From: Patescibacteria group bacterium
GTDB taxonomy: Bacteria; Patescibacteriota; Minisyncoccia; 2-02-FULL-40-12; IGHO2-01-FULL-4-A
Reading direction: 5' to 3'
DNA: 60,030 nt
Assembly: GCA_038061865.1 (NCBI GenBank)
Contig: JBBTYI010000005.1
Location: 1-60,030, forward strand
Positions 1-7,884 of this stretch are shown one piece after another; position 1 is the first letter of the stretch, and every line of letters starts with the position of its first letter. Under the pieces are notes generated by a model. The model was not told the origin of the DNA. It ran no database searches and was given only the letters and a program-made list of their open reading frames with translations. The translations under genes and the position numbers were made by a program.

Positions 1-14
1 GTGGACCTATTATT

Positions 15-401
15 TCATTTCCGGCAATTTCCTGCAAGGGTATAGCCGGCGGTGATGGCAGCGGTTTCGTTGGGGAAAGAAATTTTATTGGCGGCGGCGA
101 TCTGTTTGGCGCCCGGACACCAAGTAAAGTGATAAAGTTTTGAAGAGCTCTTTTTGGAGGCGACTACGGTTAGGTCGCGCGGGCTAGCGGCCGACTGAAT
201 ATTGGCTGCTTGGTTACTCCCCTGTCCCATTTCACGTCGCACAATATCTTGCGGGTCAGTAATAGTGAGCGGGGTCTTTATACTACGGTAAGCAATAATT
301 TTGCCGACATTGTAGCTAGTGATGGTGATTAAAATAATGGCAACAGCTAAAACAATATCGGCTTGGTATCTTTTGACTAGTTCAAGGAGTTTTGGTAACA
401 T
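15..401 (-). CDS. small membrane-anchored protein with a Cys-containing C-terminal tail; function unknown
   Basis: 128-aa ORF. It has an N-proximal hydrophobic segment (DIVLAVAIILITITSY). The C-terminal LYHFTWCPGAKQI..FPNETAAITAGYTLAGNC resembles the Ada-Zn-like tail seen on small secreted bacterial proteins; this is from memory, not searched. Confidence 0.5.
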   Translation of the reverse strand: MLPKLLELVKRYQADIVLAVAIILITITSYNVGKIIAYRSIKTPLTITDPQDIVRREMGQGSNQAANIQSAASPRDLTVVASKKSSSKLYHFTWCPGAKQIAAANKISFPNETAAITAGYTLAGNCRK

Positions 402-412
402 ATTTACACAAT

Positions 413-480
413 CACTAATTACTAATTGCCAATCTGTAATTATTATAAATTATTAGTTAGCAATTGGAAATTGCGTTAGC
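413..480. repeat. phased heptamer array pair (CTAAT-type units, then ATTAG/ATTGG/ATTGC-type units) filling the divergent spacer up to the rpmA ATG
   Basis: Read directly as cactaat|tactaat|tgccaat|ctgtaat|tattata|aattatt|agttagc|aattgga|aattgcg|ttagc. The core recurs every 7 nt. The first half carries (C)TAAT and the second half its complement ATT(A/G)G. Confidence 0.7.
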
Positions 481-753
481 ATGGCACATGCTAAATCCGG
501 CGGGACAACTAAACTCGGGCGGGATTCGGAGTCAAAGCGCTTAGGCGTCAAGCTTTCCTCTGGCCAGCTGGCGATTCCCGGTAACATCATTATCCGTCAG
601 CGCGGCAGCAAATATCTCGCCGGCCAAGGCGTGAAAATGGGTAAAGACGACACAATTTTCGCCATTACCAACGGTATTGTCAAATTCACCACCCGCAAAA
701 AAAAGAACTTCAACGGTTCCCGTCGCCTTGTCAAAACCGTGCATGTGGTGTAG
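481..753 (+). CDS. rpmA: 50S ribosomal protein L27
   Basis: The 90-aa [27 protein letters not shown]...[22 protein letters not shown] matches the canonical L27 N-terminus and core. Confidence 0.95.
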   Translation: MAHAKSGGTTKLGRDSESKRLGVKLSSGQLAIPGNIIIRQRGSKYLAGQGVKMGKDDTIFAITNGIVKFTTRKKKNFNGSRRLVKTVHVV

Positions 754-983
754 CGGAACCTTGCGCAATTTTTTCCACTGCTCCGCATTCACAAATTGCG
801 GTCGCTTCACTAAATTTTCCGACAAAGCTTGCGGTTCCCGTTTCCCCCTCGGCCACCTCGGGATTACCCTCGTGTCCTGACGGGTTTTCCGACCGACTTT
901 GTTATCCGGAAAATTTGAACGCTCCGCTCCCTGATTTGTCCGAAAGCTCCGCAAATTACGAAAATTGCGCAAGGTTCCGCTAC
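750..983. repeat. 234-bp element bounded by 23-bp perfect inverted repeats (750-772 / 961-983); the interior is an imperfect palindrome
   Basis: gtagcggaaccttgcgcaatttt at 750-772 is the exact reverse complement of 961-983. The left arm contains the rpmA TAG stop (751-753). An inner arm pair is attttccg/acaaag vs ctttgt/(tatc)/cggaaaat. There is no credible ORF. Confidence 0.8.
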
Positions 984-1003
984 CTTGACACTTAGTTTTA
1001 TAC

Positions 1004-1040
1004 ACCTCAAGGTCATCTTGAGGTTCAACCTCGGTTTTTT
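1004..1040 (+). terminator. intrinsic terminator (hairpin 1018-1034 plus U6 at 1035-1040) overlapped by a competing 8-bp hairpin (1004-1024)
   Basis: Hairpin 1 is acctcaag/cttgaggt, an 8-bp stem with a 5-nt loop. Hairpin 2 is ttgagg/cctcgg, 6 bp including 2 G-U, directly followed by tttttt. The two share the segment cttgagg, so they are mutually exclusive. Confidence 0.5.
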
Positions 1041-1102
1041 AGTGGGAAGCTAATGTCTTTTTGAGAGTTCTGTCGAAACCTAAGGCCAAGCCGAAGTAGC
1101 GA

Positions 1103-1363
1103 GCTAATCCTCTCCTTAAGAAAACTTAGCGCAGTCTTCCGGGCACCAATTGAGAGCCCAGCACTTTTTTGTATCCAAAAGGGTACTGGGCGTGGAGCGA
1201 ATAGCGGAAAGCCCAGGCCCGCAGGCCGTACTCGCCCGAGTGCAAATGAGGGTCATCTCCGAACTTGAGAGGAGTGAGCCGAGGAATACTGGGAAGGACT
1301 TCCGCGTCAATGAGCGACCCAATTGGTCGGAAGGCAGAGCGGTTTTCGTAGGAGAGGGTTGGC
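1103..1363 (+). ncRNA. candidate structured non-coding RNA of unknown family, closed by a long rod
   Basis: Four consecutive nested helices: 1103-1116/1350-1363 (14 bp), 1120-1126/1341-1347 (7 bp), 1134-1142/1327-1335 (9 bp) and 1146-1152/1320-1326 (7 bp). The G-U pairs are only tolerable on the + strand. There is no convincing ORF. Internal hairpins lie at 1156-1191, 1216-1227 and 1228-1243. Confidence 0.4.
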
Positions 1364-1365
1364 GG

Positions 1366-1809
1366 CTACACCGACGTGACGATGATTTTGAGTTTGGTTT
1401 TTACTTCTGGGTGGAGTTCAATTTCTACTTCATGCTCGCCGACTGATTTGATGTGCTGGGCGAGATTGATTTGATCCGGGCTGATATCAAGATTTTTTTC
1501 TTTGAGAGCGTGGGCAATACTTTTTTCGTTGATAGAACCGTAAAGATGGCCTTGATCATTGGCGTCCTCTTTTATTTCCAGAGTCGCGCCCTCCAGTTGT
1601 TTAACTAACTCCAGTCCCCTCTCTTTCTGATTAGCGTTTTCCATTGCGCGCTGGTTCCGCAAAGTTTCCGCCAGCTTCTCGGCGTTCGCATCCGCCGGCT
1701 TGGCAATTTTTTTCGGAAACAGCATATTCCGGGCGTAACCGTCGGCCACGTTTTTGATGTCCCCGGTCTGGGCCACGCCTTTGATGGATTGGAGAAAAAT
1801 TACTTTCAT
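1366..1809 (-). CDS. rplI: 50S ribosomal protein L9
   Basis: [36 protein letters not shown] is the classic L9 N-terminus. I chose the internal ATG at 1809; the track ORF extends to 1875 with a non-L9 leader. Confidence 0.9.
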   Translation of the reverse strand: MKVIFLQSIKGVAQTGDIKNVADGYARNMLFPKKIAKPADANAEKLAETLRNQRAMENANQKERGLELVKQLEGATLEIKEDANDQGHLYGSINEKSIAHALKEKNLDISPDQINLAQHIKSVGEHEVEIELHPEVKTKLKIIVTSV

Positions 1810-1884
1810 AGTTATACTACTCGCTGACCATGCAGTCCACTCTTTTGACGGTGCTATCAAGCGTTGCCGCCGCAACTATAAAAT

Positions 1885-3087
1885 CTATTTTAATCCCTTT
1901 ACTATTTCCCTCGCCTTATCCAACTGCGGGTCCTTTTCGGCGTTAATGTCGGCTTCGGTTCTTTCAACTTTAATGTCCGGCTCAATACCATTGTCGTTGA
2001 TGGATGTGCCTTTTGGCGTAAACCACTTGGCGACCGTCACTTTAACCGAGGACTTGCCGGGTAGTTCTTCTACTTGCTGAACCGAGCCCTTGCCGAAACT
2101 CTTCTCACCGATAATTGTTATACCCCGCTGGTCTTTAAGCGCGCCGGCCAAAATCTCCGACGCCGAGGCCGAACCCTTGTTAATCAAAATTACCAACGGG
2201 TAATTTTTGAGCCGGCCGTTGGCCGCGGCCCGGAAATCGTTTTCTTTACCGTCGCCGAACTTTTCTACTGTTACTATTTGGTCGCCGTCCAAGAAATAAC
2301 TGGTAATATTGACTGCCGAATCCAGCAAACCGCCCGGATTATTTCTCAAGTCCAAGATAATTCTTTTGGCCCGGGATTCGGTTATAGCTTTGGCGGTTTT
2401 ATCAAAATCAGCGTCCACGTTGCGGTTGAAAACAAACAGTTGGATATAGGCCGTTTCAGCATCAACCATTTTCCATCTAACCGTCGGCACTTTTATGGTG
2501 TCGCGGATTATACTGTATTCCTTGGGAGCGGCTACGCCTTCCCGAGCAGTAGTTAACTTAACCGGGGTCCCTTTCGGCCCGCGGATCTGACTAACCGCGT
2601 CGTTAATGCTCATCCCTTCGGTGGATTTGTCGCCGATTTTGATAATCTTATCTCCGGCCAACAACCCCGCCTTGGCCGCCGGTGTTCCTTCAATCGGCGC
2701 GATGACAGTGACCAAGTTATTGCGCAAACCAATCTCAATACCGATGCCGCCGAAGGAGCCGTTGATTTCTTGGGCAAAATCGGCGCTTTCTTTAGGTTTG
2801 AAAAATACCGTGTAAGGGTCGCCGACCGCCTTGACCAAGCCGTCAATCGCACCGTAAACCAAATCCTGGGTGTTGAGCTTGCTCTGGTCAACGTACTTTT
2901 TCTGAATCACATTCCAGGCTTTCCAGAAAAGGGTAAAATCAACTCCTTGGGGCTGGTCGGCTTCGCGATTGATAATGTCTTGCCCCAGCGGTAAGACCGT
3001 TTTGTATTGATTGAAATAAAAGCCGCCGGCAAAACCAAGGGCCAGCGAAACGAGGATGACGATTATGACACTTTTTTTGAAAATCAT
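1885..3087 (-). CDS. carboxy-terminal processing peptidase (S41 family, PDZ domain)
   Basis: 400 aa with an N-terminal TM segment. PDZ-like GGIGIEI...AAKAGLLAGDKIIKI and the S41 core LINKGSASASEILAGAL are present. Confidence 0.9.
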   Translation of the reverse strand: MIFKKSVIIVILVSLALGFAGGFYFNQYKTVLPLGQDIINREADQPQGVDFTLFWKAWNVIQKKYVDQSKLNTQDLVYGAIDGLVKAVGDPYTVFFKPKESADFAQEINGSFGGIGIEIGLRNNLVTVIAPIEGTPAAKAGLLAGDKIIKIGDKSTEGMSINDAVSQIRGPKGTPVKLTTAREGVAAPKEYSIIRDTIKVPTVRWKMVDAETAYIQLFVFNRNVDADFDKTAKAITESRAKRIILDLRNNPGGLLDSAVNITSYFLDGDQIVTVEKFGDGKENDFRAAANGRLKNYPLVILINKGSASASEILAGALKDQRGITIIGEKSFGKGSVQQVEELPGKSSVKVTVAKWFTPKGTSINDNGIEPDIKVERTEADINAEKDPQLDKAREIVKGLK

Positions 3088-3893
3088 TAGCGTAGTTGGG
3101 CGAGTTTTCGGTACTTTAGGAAAAATTTAAGCGCGCTGTGGATGTGCCAGCGGGTCTTGCGGTTCAGGATCGCGTCCCATACTCCAAAACGTGATTTGGA
3201 TTCCCGCTGGTGGTAATGATAAAAAATTGCTTCCGGGAAATACACTACCTTATACCCATTGTGCCAAAAGCGCCGTGCCCAGTCAACGTCCTCAAAATAC
3301 ATAAAAAAGCGTTCATCCATCAGCCCGACCCGGTTAACCGCCGCCCGTGAGACCATCAAGGCAGAACCCATCAACCAATCGGGGGTTTGGATTTTACTGA
3401 TATCGGCATCGGCCATTGTAAAGTCGGCCAGGGCTCGCCGGAACGGTCCGAAACCCGATAAAATCCCCCGCCGCGCCGGGATAGTGATCGGCCGGTAAAA
3501 ACTGAAATATGACTGTTGAATAGTATTGTTAAAATTACGCAGTTGGGGTCCGAGCATACCCACATCAGCGTGCTTTTTCATAAAATTGAGCATCCACAAA
3601 ACCGCTCCGTCGGTCAAAATAATGTCCGGATTGAGGATTAAAATATATTGGCCGGATGAGTGCTTGATTCCCCAATTGACGCCCCGGCTGAAACCGAGGT
3701 TTTCATTAGAAGTTAGAAATTGGACGCTGGCAGTTCGCTCGGTAACAATATCTCTTGACTCGCGAGTGCTCATTGAATCAACAACCACCAATTCATAATC
3801 CAAACTGGCGCAAGTTTGCTTGACTGAATCCAAACACAACTTCAAAAATCCTGGGGTGCGGTGATGGACAATGATGATGAACAGTTCGGGCAT
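3087..3893 (-). CDS. glycosyltransferase family 2
   Basis: 268 aa. It has the GT-A pattern (IIIVHHR..., VVVDSMS, NLGFSRGVNWG, ILNPDI, a DED-like FYFEDVDW). Confidence 0.85.
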   Translation of the reverse strand: MPELFIIIVHHRTPGFLKLCLDSVKQTCASLDYELVVVDSMSTRESRDIVTERTASVQFLTSNENLGFSRGVNWGIKHSSGQYILILNPDIILTDGAVLWMLNFMKKHADVGMLGPQLRNFNNTIQQSYFSFYRPITIPARRGILSGFGPFRRALADFTMADADISKIQTPDWLMGSALMVSRAAVNRVGLMDERFFMYFEDVDWARRFWHNGYKVVYFPEAIFYHYHQRESKSRFGVWDAILNRKTRWHIHSALKFFLKYRKLAQLR

Positions 3894-3931
3894 ATCGTCA
3901 AAGTACTATAAAGTAATAAAAATGCCAATCA

Positions 3932-4300
3932 TTAATGATTGGCACGGGCCTGCCGCAAAATATACAGTTGGAGATGCCCGGAAATAACGGCTAACTGGTT
4001 AGCTAAGAATTCAGCGAATAAGCCGCGCGATGGATTCCCAGATCCTCGCACGCTCGCCCGGTAGCGTTCAAACAACTCGGTCCAGTAAACAATATCTTGG
4101 GTTGTACACAAGTTCGGCGGAATATCGGCAATGGCATTGATAAAACTGTAAATCGCGCCATCAATCTCCTCATCCAACTCATTTGGCGCCATTCCCTCAA
4201 AATGAGCCAGATAAGGTACATTGAGCCGTTTGTATAATTCTTGGTCAGATTTCAGTTCAGCGACTTCGTTTACTAGCCAACCTCGTACTCGTATTTTCAT
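3932..4300 (-). CDS. hypothetical protein
   Basis: 122-aa ORF tightly packed between the GT2 and LCP genes. I recognise no motif. Confidence 0.5.
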   Translation of the reverse strand: MKIRVRGWLVNEVAELKSDQELYKRLNVPYLAHFEGMAPNELDEEIDGAIYSFINAIADIPPNLCTTQDIVYWTELFERYRASVRGSGNPSRGLFAEFLANQLAVISGHLQLYILRQARANH

Positions 4301-5340
4301 TACTCTTTCTCCAAAATAGTTAAGAACAGCTCTTTTGCCATATCATAATTATCCCCCTTTGGCAAGAGGAGATAATCGCCTTTGGCGGAGTGGGTTTCGT
4401 AGAGCAAATTGTCAATGCTCAAAACATAATTTTTAATTTGGCTTTTGGGACTGAAAGTGGCGGCCAAATCCAGCATATCTTTGATGTCCCAAATCTGAAA
4501 ATCGGTGCGGATATCGTCTTTCAGTTCGGAAAGCAAATTGGTAATCTTAACCGGATTAGTGAGGTAGTTGCTTTTTGCCGCCTTGTCTTTGATGGCGGCA
4601 ATTACTTCCTGCTGGCGGCGGGCGCGGTCAAAGTCGCTGGTGGAAAAACGCGAACGCACATAGTAAAGCGCCTGTTCGCCATTGAGATGGTTATTGCCGG
4701 CCGGCAGGGAGAATTCGTAACCCCACTGGTTTTTTTCCGTAAACGGCTTAGCCAGATAAATATCAATGCCGCCCAAAGTGTCCACAATGTGCTGGAAGGC
4801 GTTAAAATCAAAAACCACCGTCTTGTCTATATACACTCCGGTAAAGCGGGAGACGATTTGCTTGGCCAGCTCCAGTCCCTGCTTGCGCTCCAGTCCTCTT
4901 TCATATATCTCATTAACTTTACCTTTGACCCCCAGAATATCAACATACAAGTCGCGGGGGATGGAAACTAAAGCTGCCTTTTTTGTCGTTTTGTCAACGC
5001 TGGCAATGAGCAGTGTATCAGTCAGGAGCCCGCCTTCTTCTTCAATCGCCGTCTGGTCGGTGCCGCGAATACCCAGAATTAAAACGTCAAACCGATCGGG
5101 TTCCGGCGTCGGCATCGGATTGGGATCGGGTGTCGGCTTTTCTTGTTTGAGAATTGAGGCAAAATTGCCGAGCCAAGAACCGTTATCAATCACGATGGTG
5201 TTGTAAATAACACTCAACCGGATGGCAAACCAGCCGATGACAACAGCGACAACGGCTAATAAATAGAACCGCTGCCGCTTGAACCACGGCTTTTTCGGTT
5301 CAATAAATTGTGGAGATATGACAGCCATTAGTGGAACCAT
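4300..5340 (-). CDS. LytR-CpsA-Psr (LCP) family cell-envelope glycopolymer transferase
   Basis: A TM anchor is followed by FDVLILGIRG...LLTDTLLIASVDKTTKKAALVSIPRDLYV, which is typical of LCP. The alternative ATG at 5328 would give a TAATG overlap with the upstream stop. Confidence 0.85.
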   Translation of the reverse strand: MVPLMAVISPQFIEPKKPWFKRQRFYLLAVVAVVIGWFAIRLSVIYNTIVIDNGSWLGNFASILKQEKPTPDPNPMPTPEPDRFDVLILGIRGTDQTAIEEEGGLLTDTLLIASVDKTTKKAALVSIPRDLYVDILGVKGKVNEIYERGLERKQGLELAKQIVSRFTGVYIDKTVVFDFNAFQHIVDTLGGIDIYLAKPFTEKNQWGYEFSLPAGNNHLNGEQALYYVRSRFSTSDFDRARRQQEVIAAIKDKAAKSNYLTNPVKITNLLSELKDDIRTDFQIWDIKDMLDLAATFSPKSQIKNYVLSIDNLLYETHSAKGDYLLLPKGDNYDMAKELFLTILEKE

Positions 5341-6383
5341 TGGCGAATTTCTTTCGGGCCGATTTTTGCTTTCAGCATAATTTTTTTTCTTTTGTTTAAC
5401 GTTTTGGGCAATAATTTAAGAAATGTCGGGATTTCCAGAAAAATCTGCGATTCAAAGAGGATGGCATAGCCAAGCACCATAATTTCCCGCGCCGCAATCC
5501 GCGGCCAGTCGCGCAGAATATTTATCATATAATCATTTTTGATGATTGCCAAACGATAATTACGCCAGTCCAATCGCCGCTTGCGGATGGGAATTTGCCG
5601 GCGCCGGCCGACGCGGAAGAAGTAATCGTACCATTTCTGCTTGGTGTCTTTAGTGGTGGAGCGGTCGTGCCAGGCAATTACTGACGGAACGTAAACCTGT
5701 TTCCAGCCGAACAGCCGCATGCGCCAGACCAGGTCCAAGTCATCGCCATACCAGAACATATCATGGTCCACAATCTCTCCCTCCCCCGAGGTTGAACCTC
5801 GAGGGAGGCGGCAATCTTCCAGTGCTTCTCGGCGGAAGACCGGCACCGCTCCTTCCACGCCGAAAATTTCTTTTTCCTGATCATATTGTCCCCTATCTTC
5901 TTCGCCCTGTCCGATATTGATGAGCCGGCGATTGCGGAAGATCTTGAAACCCAAGGTGTCTATTAAATCGGTTTTTTCCGGTTGACCGTCGGCGGAGAAA
6001 CACCACTGTTTAACTTTGGCCTGCAAGGCGCCAATCTTTTCGTCCTGTTCCATTACTGCCAGCGCGTTTTTGATAAAATCCTTATCTAAAATCACATCTA
6101 CCGATAATAGAACAACAAATTCACTGTGACTGTATTTCAACGATTCCTCAAATCCGCCCCAAGGACCCAGATTAACAGGGTTCTCAATCAGGTTATAAGT
6201 TATAGGTGATAGGTGGTAGGAATTAATAATTTCTTTTGTCCGGTCGGTGGAATCATTGTCAAAAATGATCAGTTCAAAATCTTGGCAGCTTTGCGCCAAA
6301 ACCGCGTCCAAACACTGGCGGATGTATTTTTCGCCGTCGCGGACGATGAGATTAATGCTTATCATTTTGTTTTCCGCAAGCAA
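5328..6383 (-). CDS. glycosyltransferase family 2
   Basis: SINLIVRDGEKYIRQCLDAVLAQS...IIFDNDSTD is a GT-A N-terminus. A DxD-like YGDDLDL is present. The start may be the ATG at 6365. Confidence 0.85.
   Translation of the reverse strand: MLAENKMISINLIVRDGEKYIRQCLDAVLAQSCQDFELIIFDNDSTDRTKEIINSYHLSPITYNLIENPVNLGPWGGFEESLKYSHSEFVVLLSVDVILDKDFIKNALAVMEQDEKIGALQAKVKQWCFSADGQPEKTDLIDTLGFKIFRNRRLINIGQGEEDRGQYDQEKEIFGVEGAVPVFRREALEDCRLPRGSTSGEGEIVDHDMFWYGDDLDLVWRMRLFGWKQVYVPSVIAWHDRSTTKDTKQKWYDYFFRVGRRRQIPIRKRRLDWRNYRLAIIKNDYMINILRDWPRIAAREIMVLGYAILFESQIFLEIPTFLKLLPKTLNKRKKIMLKAKIGPKEIRQWFH
6192..6219. repeat. in-frame degenerate heptamer array inside the GT2 gene (gttataa|gttatag|gtgatag|gtggtag)
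   Basis: Read directly. On the coding strand it encodes ..SYHLSPITYNL... Confidence 0.6.
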
Positions 6384-7884
6384 TTAATAGGGCGACACTG
6401 ATAGAGAATATTAAAAATGCCCGCTCATCAAAAATAGCCACATCGGTCAAAGAGTAAAGCAAATTCCACGGGATAAATATTAAACTGGCCGCAAAATAAA
6501 TTGTCAATTGAGAACTGTCCTCAAGAAGGAAATTGCGCCAGCATCCGGCTAGCAGAAACCACAAAAAGTAAAGTGCCAGAATCAGCGCCGGAACGCCCAG
6601 CTCGGCGGCGATTTGGAGGTAGAGATTGTGCGCCGACGAGCCAGCCTTGGCTCGGGCCAAGTCCTCGCCCACCACCACCGGGAAGTTCCCAATTCCCACA
6701 CCCAGCAGCGGGTGTTTTTTTATTGAAGTCAGCGATGCTTTCCAAATCTCAATCCGCCGGGCGTTGGAGGTCTCGCTGAAATTGATCAGCGACCGGACCC
6801 GATTGGCCAGCAGTTTTGAACTGTCTTTGCTCAACTGAAATTGCGGCGAAGCGAAAATCGGATAGGCCACCCCAAAAAGGATGAAGAAAAAGATAAGATA
6901 GGAAGCAACGTATTTAAAAATATTTTTGTGATAGTTGTCTGCTTTCTTTTTTCGCAGCAAATAAACCAAACCAGCGATTAGTAAACCAGTAACCAGCCCC
7001 GCCGCCCACATCCCCCGGGTACCGCTTAAAATGACCGCCAGAAAGATGACCGGCACCATTACCACCCAAAGCCGTCCCCGGGCTTTATAAAGCGATTTTA
7101 GACTCATTTCCGGCCTGATGGCGGCGGCCAAGGACAAGGCCAAAACCGCCGGCAGGCCGGCGATCAGGAATATCGGAAAGGAATGGGAATCCGGAAAAAT
7201 CGAGAATAATCGCAAAGAAATCTGCTCGCCGTAGTAAGCAAACCAAGTATTGGCTTTGATAGCGATATCGGCCCAAACATTACCAAACAAATTGCGTTCC
7301 ACTACCCCGCCCCAAAAATCCACAAATTGAAAAATATTCATCAGATAAGTGGAAGCTAACTGGAGCAGACCGATAAGCGCGACGCTGACAGTCGGGATAG
7401 CCAGATTGACGATGAGCTTTCTTGAAAACTCGCGGTGCTTGGAAATTAAATCATAAACAACAATGGCCACCAGCGATAGATTGATGAAATATATCAATCG
7501 TTTAACGGCCAGAATATAACCGGCGGCTTGGGTGAGGGAGAGTAAGGCCAGTAAGAAAATAGCAAGCAGTAAATAAAAAATAGTAGAAAAGGGGGGGCGG
7601 AAAAATAACTTGATCTTCTCAAAATCTAACCAGCGCAGAAAAATAACCAGTGACAAAATCCGCCACAAATTGAGGGAATCAAAACCGGCCGTCAGCGGCA
7701 GGGCGACGAAAAACGGGATAGAGCGGGCAAAAAACAGTACTGATTCTTCTAACGGCACGGCTAAAAAATATACCACCAGTCCGGCGGCGGCGACATTAGC
7801 CAGCCAACGCGGTAAAATACCGGTTACCACCAGCCCGATAAATACCAAATAAACTATGAAAACAAAGTTGATGCGTTTAGGCAT
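6352..7884 (-). CDS. O-antigen ligase / polymerase-like (Wzy_C-type) polytopic membrane protein
   Basis: 510 aa with about 10 or more hydrophobic segments. A central loop (SGTRGMWAAGLV) resembles the O-antigen ligase domain. Confidence 0.7.
   Translation of the reverse strand: MPKRINFVFIVYLVFIGLVVTGILPRWLANVAAAGLVVYFLAVPLEESVLFFARSIPFFVALPLTAGFDSLNLWRILSLVIFLRWLDFEKIKLFFRPPFSTIFYLLLAIFLLALLSLTQAAGYILAVKRLIYFINLSLVAIVVYDLISKHREFSRKLIVNLAIPTVSVALIGLLQLASTYLMNIFQFVDFWGGVVERNLFGNVWADIAIKANTWFAYYGEQISLRLFSIFPDSHSFPIFLIAGLPAVLALSLAAAIRPEMSLKSLYKARGRLWVVMVPVIFLAVILSGTRGMWAAGLVTGLLIAGLVYLLRKKKADNYHKNIFKYVASYLIFFFILFGVAYPIFASPQFQLSKDSSKLLANRVRSLINFSETSNARRIEIWKASLTSIKKHPLLGVGIGNFPVVVGEDLARAKAGSSAHNLYLQIAAELGVPALILALYFLWFLLAGCWRNFLLEDSSQLTIYFAASLIFIPWNLLYSLTDVAIFDERAFLIFSISVALLIACGKQNDKH

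Noticed and set aside
743-983. On the minus strand, the 23-bp helix is followed by ACCA (ccgctacACCA). This looks like a tRNA-like or tmRNA-like acceptor end.
   Set aside because: The ACCA is simply the reverse complement of the last L27 codons (GTG GTG TAG). A 23-bp continuous helix is not tRNA-like, and no T-loop is present.
985-1365. I tried to identify the gene-free tract as RNase P RNA or tmRNA. The leads were GGAAAGCCCAGGC at 1206-1218, GCAGAGCGGUUUUCG near the 3' helix, GGUUUCGAC on the minus strand at 1072-1080, and GAAACCUAAGGCCAAGCCGAAG, which resembles the E. coli tmRNA P2/PK1 region.
   Set aside because: I could not build a P4 helix, and the distance between the CR-I-like and CR-V-like segments is only ~130 nt. 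No T-arm plus acceptor 3' strand with NCCA pairs with any candidate 5' end. No plausible tag reading frame ending in (A/L)AA is present. I kept the region as an unknown structured-RNA candidate instead. A cmscan could still overturn this.
1116-1446. ORFs 1116..1322 (-) and 1150..1446 (+) in the rpmA-rplI gap, considered as possible small proteins.
   Set aside because: Neither has a start context or RBS. Their composition is Cys/Arg/Ser-rich, one overlaps the rplI 3' end on the opposite strand, and the region is better explained by extensive nested base pairing.
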